DNA from: Anaerolineae bacterium
GTDB taxonomy: Bacteria > Chloroflexota > Anaerolineae > Aggregatilineales > UBA3940
Length of the DNA: 64,000 nucleotides
Assembly: GCA_034435015.1 (NCBI GenBank)
Contig: DAOTYH010000062.1
Span: forward strand, 1,219-65,218
Direction: 5' to 3'
Part shown: positions 1 through 7,991 of the stretch, piece by piece
Layout of the letters: the number at the start of each line of letters is the position of its first letter
How positions within the stretch are numbered: the first letter of the stretch is position 1
The notes under the pieces: model-generated
Databases searched by the model: none
Seen by the model: the letters and a program-made list of their open reading frames with translations, nothing else
Told to the model about the DNA's origin: nothing
Made by a program: the position numbers and the translations under genes

Positions 1-1
1 A

Positions 2-229
2 CGTCTGATCGGAACATACACCGGTTTCTACTTCTTGGCCTCACAAGTAGGGGCGGCACTGGCTCCACTGATGCTGGGCAGTATAGTAGACCTGTTCGGC
101 GGCGACTTCCGAACTATCTTCCTGTCAGGCCCTGTCTTCTTCCTGCTGGGGCTAATAGCCATGAGCATGGTCACTCGCGGCGAGGCGCGGGGGATAGGCA
201 GACCCCCTCAGGCTGAAACTGCCGCTTGA
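2..229 (+). CDS. C-terminal fragment of a membrane transporter (MFS-like); 5' end lies outside the window
   Basis: The frame is open from the window edge (nt 2) to TGA at 227-229. The tail RLIGTYTGFYFLASQVGAALAPLMLGSIVDLFGG...FFLLGLIAMSMV forms two hydrophobic TM-like segments, as in the last helices of MFS permeases. The ORF-track start at 35 is only an in-frame TTG. Confidence 0.45.
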   Translation, partial: RLIGTYTGFYFLASQVGAALAPLMLGSIVDLFGGDFRTIFLSGPVFFLLGLIAMSMVTRGEARGIGRPPQAETAA

Positions 230-297
230 GGCGCCGCACCTGCTAAACCCATTAGATTCGTCAGCATGGCTGTGAGGAGCGTTCCCCTACATCCCGA

Positions 298-1167
298 ATG
301 GAGCAGATTATGGGATATGTAATCTATGATTGTGACAACACTCTCGGCTTGAAGAACAAAGAAGTTGATGACGGGTTGACCATTTACTACCTGCTGGGCA
401 GACCTGATATAGAGCTGATAGGGGTCACCACGACCTTTGGCAATGGGACAATCGAACAGGTCTATACACAGACGCAGGCCTTGCTGGCCGACATGGGGCG
501 GAACGACTTGCCTGTCAAGAAGGGAGCAGGCAGACGCGGTGAAGGCCCAACTGAGGCGGCTCACTTTCTGGCAGAAAGCGTTGCGGCACGCCCTGGCGAG
601 ATTTCCATTCTAGCCACAGGCCCGCTGGGGAATCTGCGTGCCGCCTGCGAGATAGACCCTGATTTCTTCCGCAAGGTAAAGCAAATTGCCTGCATGGGGG
701 GCTATCTAGCGCCCCTGCGGATGGGCTGGCGCCGGGTTAATGAGCTTAACCTCTCAGCCGACCCGGAAGCCTCCCATCTTGTGCTCAATGCGCCTTGCCC
801 CGTGACTCTGATGAATGCGCAAACTTGCCTGCAAGCCCCCTTCTACTGGCGTGACCTCAGGGAACTGAGCTTCTGGAGTCAGAAAACACGCCGAGCTGTG
901 CGGCGCTGGCTGATTCTGCATGCTATCTTCTGCGGGCTGCCCAACTTCTACCTTTGGGACCTGCTGCCTGCTGTCTATCTGTCTTACCCTGATCTGTTCG
1001 ATACAAACAGGGTCACAATACTCTCTTCCGTCCGCGACCTGGAGACAGGCAGTCTCATGATGGCTGAGCAACCCGGAGATAAGACGGTCAACATGCCTCG
1101 TTCCATTACCGACGTAAGCCGATTCAAGGCGATTCTGTTTGAGGCGTGGCAACATGTACGGGCCTGA
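298..1167 (+). CDS. nucleoside hydrolase family protein (IUNH-like)
   Basis: 289-aa ORF. The N-terminal VIYDCDNTLG...VDDGLTIYYLL resembles the Asp-rich IUNH signature (DxDxxxDD), but with an insertion between the Asp pairs. The GVTTTFGN block and the length fit the family. The start is ATG at 298 or 310. Confidence 0.65.
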   Translation: MEQIMGYVIYDCDNTLGLKNKEVDDGLTIYYLLGRPDIELIGVTTTFGNGTIEQVYTQTQALLADMGRNDLPVKKGAGRRGEGPTEAAHFLAESVAARPGEISILATGPLGNLRAACEIDPDFFRKVKQIACMGGYLAPLRMGWRRVNELNLSADPEASHLVLNAPCPVTLMNAQTCLQAPFYWRDLRELSFWSQKTRRAVRRWLILHAIFCGLPNFYLWDLLPAVYLSYPDLFDTNRVTILSSVRDLETGSLMMAEQPGDKTVNMPRSITDVSRFKAILFEAWQHVRA

Positions 1168-1185
1168 CTATGCCCGGTGATGACT

Positions 1186-1227
1186 AGTCCCTCTCCTGCT
1201 ACCGATGAGGGATGCGGGAGAGGGACT
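1186..1227. terminator. hairpin between convergent genes (11-bp stem AGTCCCTCTCC / GGAGAGGGACT)
   Basis: Perfect 11-bp inverted repeat (1186-1196 and 1217-1227) with a 20-nt loop. It sits in the gap between the + strand hydrolase gene and the last gene of the minus-strand operon. There is no clear U-tract. Confidence 0.4.
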
Positions 1228-1272
1228 CTAGCCATAGGCTATTCAACTCAATAGAGCAGAGAAACTATGCTC

Positions 1273-2343
1273 TTAAGGCCGAATGGGGTACCGGCCATAC
1301 TTCTCAGCGGCACGCACCATTGCATCAATATTTTCTACCGGCGTCCCGCCGCTTAGGCAACCTGAGGCGCTGAGGATGTAGCCGCCTCCCGGCGCCCCCT
1401 CTTGGATCATCCGGCGGCATTCTTCTTCGACATCTTCGGGCGTGCCGTTGAGCAGGGTGTCTAACTGGGCCATGTTGCCGATCAAGCACAGCTTATCACC
1501 AACCCGCTGTTTAGCCTCTGCGACGCTGATGTCCGGTGCGAAGTGCAGGCCGTCTATGCCCGTGTCGGGGTACATATCAAGGATATGCCCGACCCGGTCG
1601 CAGTTGTGAGCCAGCACGATGACGCCCTTAGGCATCCCTTCAACCAGCCGCTTGATATACTGCCCAGAAAACTCCCACCAGAGCTTAGGCGAAAGCTGGG
1701 CGCCGCTGTCATCAGAAAACATGATCTGCACCATCGTACCGCCAACCACTTCGTATTGCTTGTTGATGTAGCGGATACAGGTCTCTGTAATGATCTCCAT
1801 CATCGCGTGTACGCCTTCCGGGTCCGTGATGACCTCGGTCATCAGGTCAGTTGCCCCGCGTACCAATAGGGCTACGTCGAAAGGTGCATGCAGGAAACCC
1901 GCCGTGACCTCGTACCCATACTCCGGAAGCTTTTGGGCCAGCCAAGCGAAGTTTTCTAACACCATAGGCATACGGCCGTCTTTTTCAGGGTCGGGCACTT
2001 TGAGTTTCGGCACATCCCTGCGCAGATCATGAACAACAGGGTTGGCATGCGGCGTCTGACCCGGCAGGGTGACGATCTCGCACCCCAGCGCGGACGCCTC
2101 TACCGTTGATCCAGACGAGCCGCGGAAGCCGGGGAAATATTGCATATCGGGGTAGCGCTCGCCGTAGAACTCCACCATGGCGCGGAGTTGCATTTCGCGA
2201 TCCTCGTACCATTTGGAGGCATCTACACCGTAGTATTTGCTGAAGAAGGCGCTCGTCAGCCATGGGCAGGCCGGCACTCTATCTGGCTCGCCGCGCCGTG
2301 CTACCGTCAGGAAGCGCTCTCTTGGTGTCATCTCTTTGACCAT
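1273..2343 (-). CDS. uroporphyrinogen decarboxylase (URO-D / MtaA-CmuA) family protein
   Basis: ATG at 2343 is preceded by AAGGAG with a 7-nt spacer. The ORF-track GTG at 2379 would overlap the upstream gene. Sequence blocks (EPDRVPACPW, FPGFRGSSGSTVEASALGCEI, MFSDDSGAQLSP) and the roughly 356-aa length are typical of the URO-D fold. It is the last gene of the operon. Confidence 0.7.
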   Translation of the reverse strand: MVKEMTPRERFLTVARRGEPDRVPACPWLTSAFFSKYYGVDASKWYEDREMQLRAMVEFYGERYPDMQYFPGFRGSSGSTVEASALGCEIVTLPGQTPHANPVVHDLRRDVPKLKVPDPEKDGRMPMVLENFAWLAQKLPEYGYEVTAGFLHAPFDVALLVRGATDLMTEVITDPEGVHAMMEIITETCIRYINKQYEVVGGTMVQIMFSDDSGAQLSPKLWWEFSGQYIKRLVEGMPKGVIVLAHNCDRVGHILDMYPDTGIDGLHFAPDISVAEAKQRVGDKLCLIGNMAQLDTLLNGTPEDVEEECRRMIQEGAPGGGYILSASGCLSGGTPVENIDAMVRAAEKYGRYPIRP

Positions 2344-2371
2344 ATTGATCTCCTTATCAGCCGATGAGGGC

Positions 2372-3526
2372 TTATTCACCTAGACGCTCAACCATTGCCC
2401 GGAAGTGCCGGCTGCTCTCTACCAGATCGGGGCCATGCCGGTGGAGATTGCCTGCCACTAGAAAGACAGCATCCGGCCCGTAGAAGTCCCGCATCTCTTC
2501 AAAGAACTCCGGACGCACCCCGCCGCCCGGCGAGGGCAAGTTGGGCTTGATGTCCCCCATAGGCACACGTGTTCCTTCTGCCGCCAAGCGGCATTCCTCC
2601 TGAGGCGGCGCAAACCGCCCCTCGTAGTGGGGGAAGATGGAAATATCTGCTCCCATCAGCCGTGAGAGTTGTCCATGTAACACATAGGGTGAGATACCAA
2701 ACTCAGGAGTGCGCCGGTATGTACCCAGAAAACCCGGATGAAACATAATAGGCAGACCAACGGCGTCATCTTCAGCGAGCATGCGTATCATGTCCAGCCC
2801 GCTGAAGGCAGGCATCAGCATAAGGCCATCTGCACCCGCCTCTTTGGCAAAGCGAACCTTCGCCAAGAGTTTCTCCATTGGCCCGCTAATGCATGGAAAA
2901 TACAAGCAGTGGTAACCCGTCTGGTGATTGGCCCTGGCAATGGCTTCCACACAACGGACAACGCGCTCCTCAAACGGGCAGAAAGCCTGATCGGACAACC
3001 CATGGTCATCCTTGATGATGTCAATGCCTCCCAGTGCACACTGATAGGCCATCTCGGCAAGCTGTTGTGGAGACTGCCCCATCGGCTTGAGGGCAGTGCT
3101 GGTCAGAGGACGCGAAGAGACACCTAGAAGTTCACGAATGCCCTTCCGTCCAAAGCGCGGTCCCTTGAACGCCGCCGTTAGACTAGGCGGCAGGTCAAGA
3201 GACTCCAGTCGGACTCCCGGCGTGAAGCTGATGTTACCAAAAACCACGTTTAGGAACTGGGGCAACTCATAGCCTGTGCTCTCAGCGGCATAGGAGATCA
3301 AAACCTCGTAACTGCCGTCTGGGAGCGGCACGAAAGTCTCAATCCAGCCCACCAAGTTGTCACGTAACAGGCCGGGCGCAAGAAGCTCATAAGGGAACTC
3401 GACTGTCTGTTCCACACAGATAAACTCAGCGATTCGGCGTGCATCGGCCTCGTTTAACCCATGCAGGGTATAGCGCACCCGAAGACGTTCACCCGAAAAA
3501 GTAAGTTCAGGGTTATCGTACTGCAT
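2372..3526 (-). CDS. RuBisCO large-subunit-like protein (form IV RLP), not a carboxylase
   Basis: 384 aa. The block ALKPMGQSPQQLAEMAYQCALGGIDIIKDDH aligns by eye with the RbcL block [32 protein letters not shown]. The equivalents of K175 and K201 are kept, while K177 becomes M and E204 becomes H. MFHPGFLG aligns with HIHRAMHA. No small-subunit or PRK gene is nearby. Confidence 0.85.
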   Translation of the reverse strand: MQYDNPELTFSGERLRVRYTLHGLNEADARRIAEFICVEQTVEFPYELLAPGLLRDNLVGWIETFVPLPDGSYEVLISYAAESTGYELPQFLNVVFGNISFTPGVRLESLDLPPSLTAAFKGPRFGRKGIRELLGVSSRPLTSTALKPMGQSPQQLAEMAYQCALGGIDIIKDDHGLSDQAFCPFEERVVRCVEAIARANHQTGYHCLYFPCISGPMEKLLAKVRFAKEAGADGLMLMPAFSGLDMIRMLAEDDAVGLPIMFHPGFLGTYRRTPEFGISPYVLHGQLSRLMGADISIFPHYEGRFAPPQEECRLAAEGTRVPMGDIKPNLPSPGGGVRPEFFEEMRDFYGPDAVFLVAGNLHRHGPDLVESSRHFRAMVERLGE

Positions 3527-3605
3527 CCAATTGTCCTTTAGTCACACCTCGCTAAACCCGAAACCTCCAAGAGACTTGTTGCTTCGTTGAGAAGGGACGG
3601 CCCCC

Positions 3606-4844
3606 TCAGATGTCACTCTCTCCAGCAAAGCGGTTGAAGCGTGCGATCAGCCACTCACTGGTCTCACGTACCAGCGGGATACAGACACCATGCAAGTGAC
3701 GCTCTGTGCTGTATTGTTTCGCCTGCTCAGGGTCGCTTAGGTCAAGTTGAAGCAGATCACGGCAATTAGTGGTGCTCTTCTGAGCCTGATACCAGCGGAC
3801 CAGCTCAGCGGCCATAGCGCGCGCCGCATAGCGCGGCGGCTTGTATTGGGGGTTGCTGTGGGCTTCGCGTGCGCCAATAACCATCAGCCCCCCTATAAGG
3901 GAGCCGCAGGTCAGGCCCTGCCTTGCCATGCCGCCGATAAAGGAGGTTGCGGCACGGTGCGCAACCTCAGAGCTGTACCCCTCCGCCTCGGCAAAGGCGG
4001 TGAAGACAGACTCGGCACAGGAGTACCCCTGTCTGAAAAGCTCCTCTGCATAGGCAGGGATGTCAATCGGGGTGAAGGGTGCTTGCCCCTCACTTCCTGT
4101 GATCTTCAGGCAGGCTGATAATGACCCGCACAGGGCGTTGTCACGCTGGTCAAGGAGGGTGTGCGGCTTGAAATCTGGGGCGGATATGTGCTGACGCAAT
4201 GCGCCCGTCAGGGCTTCTGTCAGTATGGGGGTACAATCAAAACCGCGCACACCCAGTGCCAGCGCACGCTTCAGGTCCTCTTCCGGAAGAACAGCCGCCG
4301 TCCTCAGCAACAAGGGGGCAGACAGCCCCTCACACAGGGCGGCCAGACGATCAAACGGGACAGCGTCCCCCCACGACAGTAGCAGTGCATCCGGGCCGGC
4401 GCTTTCGACAAAGGCGCGGGCACGCACTGGATCAACCGCCTCTGCCTGACCCAGAAGGACGGCAACAGCCAAGCCGTTTTCACGGGCAAGCCTGCCAGAT
4501 TCCTGCACAAAGTCTGTCTCATGATTCTCGATCAGGCAGGCACAAAATCCCAGCCGGATCGCCTCACCCACCTGTTCGAGGTTTTGCACCCCTGCCAGCA
4601 TCAGGCAGATTGGCACGCGGGCCATACGCGCCTGTTCACGCAAGGCATCGGACAGACGGCGTACCTCGCCTGTAGAGATGCCTCTGAACCTGTCCGTACG
4701 CACAACCAGCACAAGCGGCGCTTCCTGCTTGCCAGCCTGTGTCATCAACGCTTGCGCGGCCAGCAGATCATCAACACTGGCCAGCACCAACCCGTAGGCC
4801 TTCTCCGTAGCGGCAGTAAGCAAAGCCGGCAGGGAACCTAGCAT
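3606..4844 (-). CDS. fusion protein: class-II aldolase-like (FBA/GatY fold, apparently zinc-less) N-domain + C_GCAxxG_C_C C-domain
   Basis: 412 aa. ATG at 4844 has GGAGG upstream, inside the end of the preceding gene. The N-terminal ~240 aa align by eye with GatY/KbaY (details in the findings). The C-terminal ~150 aa carry the C_GCAxxG_C_C pattern: GYSCAESVF, LTCGSLIGG, TNCRDLL, HGVCIPL. Confidence 0.6.
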   Translation of the reverse strand: MLGSLPALLTAATEKAYGLVLASVDDLLAAQALMTQAGKQEAPLVLVVRTDRFRGISTGEVRRLSDALREQARMARVPICLMLAGVQNLEQVGEAIRLGFCACLIENHETDFVQESGRLARENGLAVAVLLGQAEAVDPVRARAFVESAGPDALLLSWGDAVPFDRLAALCEGLSAPLLLRTAAVLPEEDLKRALALGVRGFDCTPILTEALTGALRQHISAPDFKPHTLLDQRDNALCGSLSACLKITGSEGQAPFTPIDIPAYAEELFRQGYSCAESVFTAFAEAEGYSSEVAHRAATSFIGGMARQGLTCGSLIGGLMVIGAREAHSNPQYKPPRYAARAMAAELVRWYQAQKSTTNCRDLLQLDLSDPEQAKQYSTERHLHGVCIPLVRETSEWLIARFNRFAGESDI

Positions 4845-4847
4845 GGC

Positions 4848-6284
4848 CTAAGCCTCCATCGGCCTGAGGTAAGGCCGGTAAATTTGCTTTCCGATAGGAC
4901 GCATCCCCAGCCAAGCCGCCAATTCCAACCCCGCCCCGCTGAGGTCGCCGTAAGCCAGCGGATAGTGATGCTGGTAACCGCTAGCCATTAAAGTCTCGAT
5001 CAAGTCTGGCACAGTGACAGCTTCGTCGTTCAAGCGCAGGTCACAGAACCAACCCCGGCTCCCTACGTAGCTGGACTTGCTGTTGTCCAGCCTGCCGCCC
5101 AGCACAAGAACGCGGTCAAAGTCTGTGGTGAACCCGAAGACGGTAGCCTGCCCCGGCTTCAGCACAAGATCGTTGTGCAGGCCAATGCCATCTCCGCCAT
5201 AGCCGTCAAAAAGCCAGAGAGACTGCATCCTGACGCCCTTCTCATCCGCCAATGAGGGAGCAGTCGGGCCGCAGTGCCAGAGCAGTATACTTTCGTCCGT
5301 CTCATCCACAGCGGAAAGGTCCATCAGGGTGACGACCGTACCGCCGCTCATGTAGCGCAAAGCCAGCATCCCGGCGGCGCTTGTGACATCCCCTTCGCAG
5401 GCGGCGATCAGGCCGTCTTCATTGAGCTGGCCCAGCACACTGCACACGGCTAGATGATAGTCTGACTGGAAACGCGGCCAGCAACTTATTGCCAACGCAT
5501 CGAGAGAACGCTCCTCAGCCAGTTGCCGATAGGTCAGCAGTACACGTCCCGCTCTATCTAATGCAGGAGCTTGTCCTTCGTCGAAGGTGGCGGCCCCTCC
5601 GCGGATACGTTCAGAAGCCTCCATTGCTGGTTCGCTAGGCTGGGCTTCAGCCCGCCCGATGACCTCATCAAATTCAATGTGAGCCACGCGGATACCCAGA
5701 CGCTCATAGAGCACACGCTCGTCAATAATGAGGTTGTCAAAGCCGGGAGCTACCCCGCCTACCAGCCCAATGCGTGCCCCTTGCAGATTGATGAGTGCCG
5801 TGAGCGCCTTCACCGTGAGTGCCAGCCGCTCATCAAAGAGCGGTTGACCGGGCCGCCCGTAAAACCACTTGACGGGCTTGCGATAGCCGCTCAGGAAGGT
5901 CTTGGCGATGCTGTTGTACATATTAGCGGCAGTGAAGCTGTTAAGCGGCAGGCCGCCTTTGGGCGCAGGCGGCCCTTCGGGCACAGCCCAGATACCCAGC
6001 CGGGCATCCAGCGTGGTGAACTCGTAGATGAACTCACCGGGGCCAAAGGAGCTGGTCTGTAGCAGGATGAAATCCGCCCCCCACTCCTTCAGCTCGGCGG
6101 CGGCGCGGCGTGCGTCTTCGATATTCCACATGCCGCCAGTGATCACATGCAGGTCAAAACCAAGATGTTCAGCGAGTGCGTTGAGCCGCTCGGCGCTGTC
6201 GGCAAACTGCGCCGCCTTGTCACCTAGAAAAGGTGTACACATCACGCCGGTCAGGCCTACCTTGAGCCGTCGAGTTTCGCGCAT
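4848..6284 (-). CDS. L-fucose/L-arabinose isomerase-like sugar isomerase family protein
   Basis: ATG at 6284 has GGAG 7 nt upstream. The ORF-track start at 6311 is TTG. The ~478-aa layout fits the family: an N-terminal Rossmann-like region (LKVGLTGVM...DFILLQTSSFG) and a C-terminal YQHHYPLAYGD block. It resembles COG2407-type FucI-like proteins. Confidence 0.6.
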   Translation of the reverse strand: MRETRRLKVGLTGVMCTPFLGDKAAQFADSAERLNALAEHLGFDLHVITGGMWNIEDARRAAAELKEWGADFILLQTSSFGPGEFIYEFTTLDARLGIWAVPEGPPAPKGGLPLNSFTAANMYNSIAKTFLSGYRKPVKWFYGRPGQPLFDERLALTVKALTALINLQGARIGLVGGVAPGFDNLIIDERVLYERLGIRVAHIEFDEVIGRAEAQPSEPAMEASERIRGGAATFDEGQAPALDRAGRVLLTYRQLAEERSLDALAISCWPRFQSDYHLAVCSVLGQLNEDGLIAACEGDVTSAAGMLALRYMSGGTVVTLMDLSAVDETDESILLWHCGPTAPSLADEKGVRMQSLWLFDGYGGDGIGLHNDLVLKPGQATVFGFTTDFDRVLVLGGRLDNSKSSYVGSRGWFCDLRLNDEAVTVPDLIETLMASGYQHHYPLAYGDLSGAGLELAAWLGMRPIGKQIYRPYLRPMEA

Positions 6285-6323
6285 AACACACTCCAAATGA
6301 CAACTAAGCAAACCGCTATAAGC

Positions 6324-7991
6324 TCAACCCACCGGCCAGCGGAAGTATGGCCCCTGCGCAGGCCAATCCCAGAAAGGCTGGCTGGCAGAGTCCAGCGCGT
6401 ACAGCGAGAGTGAAAAGCCAGCCATCTCCTGTGTGGTGAAGAAGGAGCCTACCACACTGCCGGCGACCTCCAGCCCATGTGCCCGCAAGGCATGATGGAC
6501 ACGCCTGTTGAGGATATGCAATTCCATCAGCGAAGTGCCGCCTGCACCATTCAGGAAGCTGAGTACACGTTTTTCCAACAGCGGGTTGAGGTCTTCCAGC
6601 AGTCGCTGAATAAGCATGTCAATCAGGGCGTCGGCATGCAGATGCGCCCCGCGATAGACCCCTGCCTCTCCATGCACGCCTGCCCCTACCTCAATCTGGC
6701 CGGGCGGCATCTCAAACATGGGTTGTCCAGAGACAGGATGGGTAGGCGGTCGTGCCGCCACCATCAGGGTAGCAGTACGTTCATTAGCGGCCCGCATCAG
6801 GGCGGCAACATCAGCCAGCGGAAGCCCCTGCTCAGCGGCGGCGCCTCCGATCTTGAGGCTGAAGAGTAATCCGCCCAACCCGCGCCGCTCCTCCAGACGG
6901 GAGCGGGGCGCGGTAGCAATATCGTCCCCTAGTAATACACCTTCGACTACAATACCTTCCTGGCTAGCCCTTCGAAGGGCCAGCCGGGCGTTAAGCACGT
7001 CCCCAGTATGGTTGGAGATCAACAGCACAACGCCCGCGCCGCGATCCGCTCGACGGATCGCCTCCGCAATGCGAACACCAGGGGCACAGGTGAAGATCGG
7101 GCCGTAAACATCGGCATCAAGCAGGCCCGGCCCAACAAACCCTCCCATCGAGGGGGTGTGACCGCCGCCGTGTCCGATGGCCAGCGCAGCCTTTCCGGCG
7201 GCCTTGGGCTGTGCCCTCACCAGGATGTCAGGAGGGACATAATGGAGCAGGGCCGGATAAGTAAGAGCCATGCCCTCTAATTCTTCAGCGATCAGGTTGG
7301 CAGGCTGGTTGATGAACTTACCGGGCGGCGGAAGTTGTTCTGCCTGTCCGGAAGGGAGGGAAGGGATCGCTGTGCCGACCGCTAGATCATGCAAGGTTTC
7401 AACAAGGATGGCCAGCGAAGTCGCACCTGCATCCTGATAGCCCGCTGAGCGCTCGCCAAGGAAGCGGGCGCGGCCATGCATGGCCGCCATCCCGCGTGTC
7501 AACTCAGCGCCTTGACGCGCCGCGATAGCCGCTACTGCCAGCGCACTGGCTGGCGGCTCCAGAGAGTGCTCTGCCAGAGCCTGCGCCGCCGGCGCCAAGG
7601 CGTCAACAAGCGTCTTCTGGCCGGGCTGGGCACCACCTATCTGTTGGACAGCCTCCAAGCCGCCCGCAAAAAAGGCGGCCAGATCAGCGCTGTTGAGTTG
7701 TTGTTTGCCGCGCAGTAGCACGCCGCCTTCTGCAAAGAAGGCCGCCAGCAGGGGGCCAATAGCCCCGCCTGCCGCAACAGCCAGCGCTTCTGAGGCTGTA
7801 TCAAGGAGGGCGCCTATATCAGCACAACCCGCCTGCACGGCCAGCTCGGCGGCCGCAAAGGCACGGCTGACTGTGTAGCCGTGATCGCCGTCCCCCACTT
7901 CCGCGTCAAGCGCATTGAGGGCGTCACGTTCTTGCTCGAAGCGTGCACGCAATAGCGAGAAGAAGCCCCTCAGTGCATCCAGATCAAGCAC
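6324..7991 (-). CDS. dihydroxyacetone-kinase-family ketose kinase, fused with permuted domain order (DhaL N-terminal, DhaK C-terminal)
   Basis: 555 aa. The N-terminal ~200 aa carry the DhaL signature LDAEVGDGDHGYT. The C-terminal ~330 aa carry DhaK blocks: ALAIGHGGGHTPSMGGFVGPGLLDADVYGPIFTCAP, LLISNHTGDVLNARLA, ERRGLGGLLFSLKIGGAAAE and GAGVHGEAG. The GTG start overlaps the upstream stop by 8 nt (GTGCTTGA). Confidence 0.8.
   Translation of the reverse strand: MLDLDALRGFFSLLRARFEQERDALNALDAEVGDGDHGYTVSRAFAAAELAVQAGCADIGALLDTASEALAVAAGGAIGPLLAAFFAEGGVLLRGKQQLNSADLAAFFAGGLEAVQQIGGAQPGQKTLVDALAPAAQALAEHSLEPPASALAVAAIAARQGAELTRGMAAMHGRARFLGERSAGYQDAGATSLAILVETLHDLAVGTAIPSLPSGQAEQLPPPGKFINQPANLIAEELEGMALTYPALLHYVPPDILVRAQPKAAGKAALAIGHGGGHTPSMGGFVGPGLLDADVYGPIFTCAPGVRIAEAIRRADRGAGVVLLISNHTGDVLNARLALRRASQEGIVVEGVLLGDDIATAPRSRLEERRGLGGLLFSLKIGGAAAEQGLPLADVAALMRAANERTATLMVAARPPTHPVSGQPMFEMPPGQIEVGAGVHGEAGVYRGAHLHADALIDMLIQRLLEDLNPLLEKRVLSFLNGAGGTSLMELHILNRRVHHALRAHGLEVAGSVVGSFFTTQEMAGFSLSLYALDSASQPFWDWPAQGPYFRWPVG

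Noticed and set aside
2372-3526. Bona fide RuBisCO / Calvin-cycle locus
   Set aside because: Several carboxylase residues are replaced (K177 to M, E204 to H, and changes in the H327 region). There is no small subunit, phosphoribulokinase or carboxysome gene, and the gene is embedded in a sugar-catabolic operon. It is therefore called a form-IV RLP.
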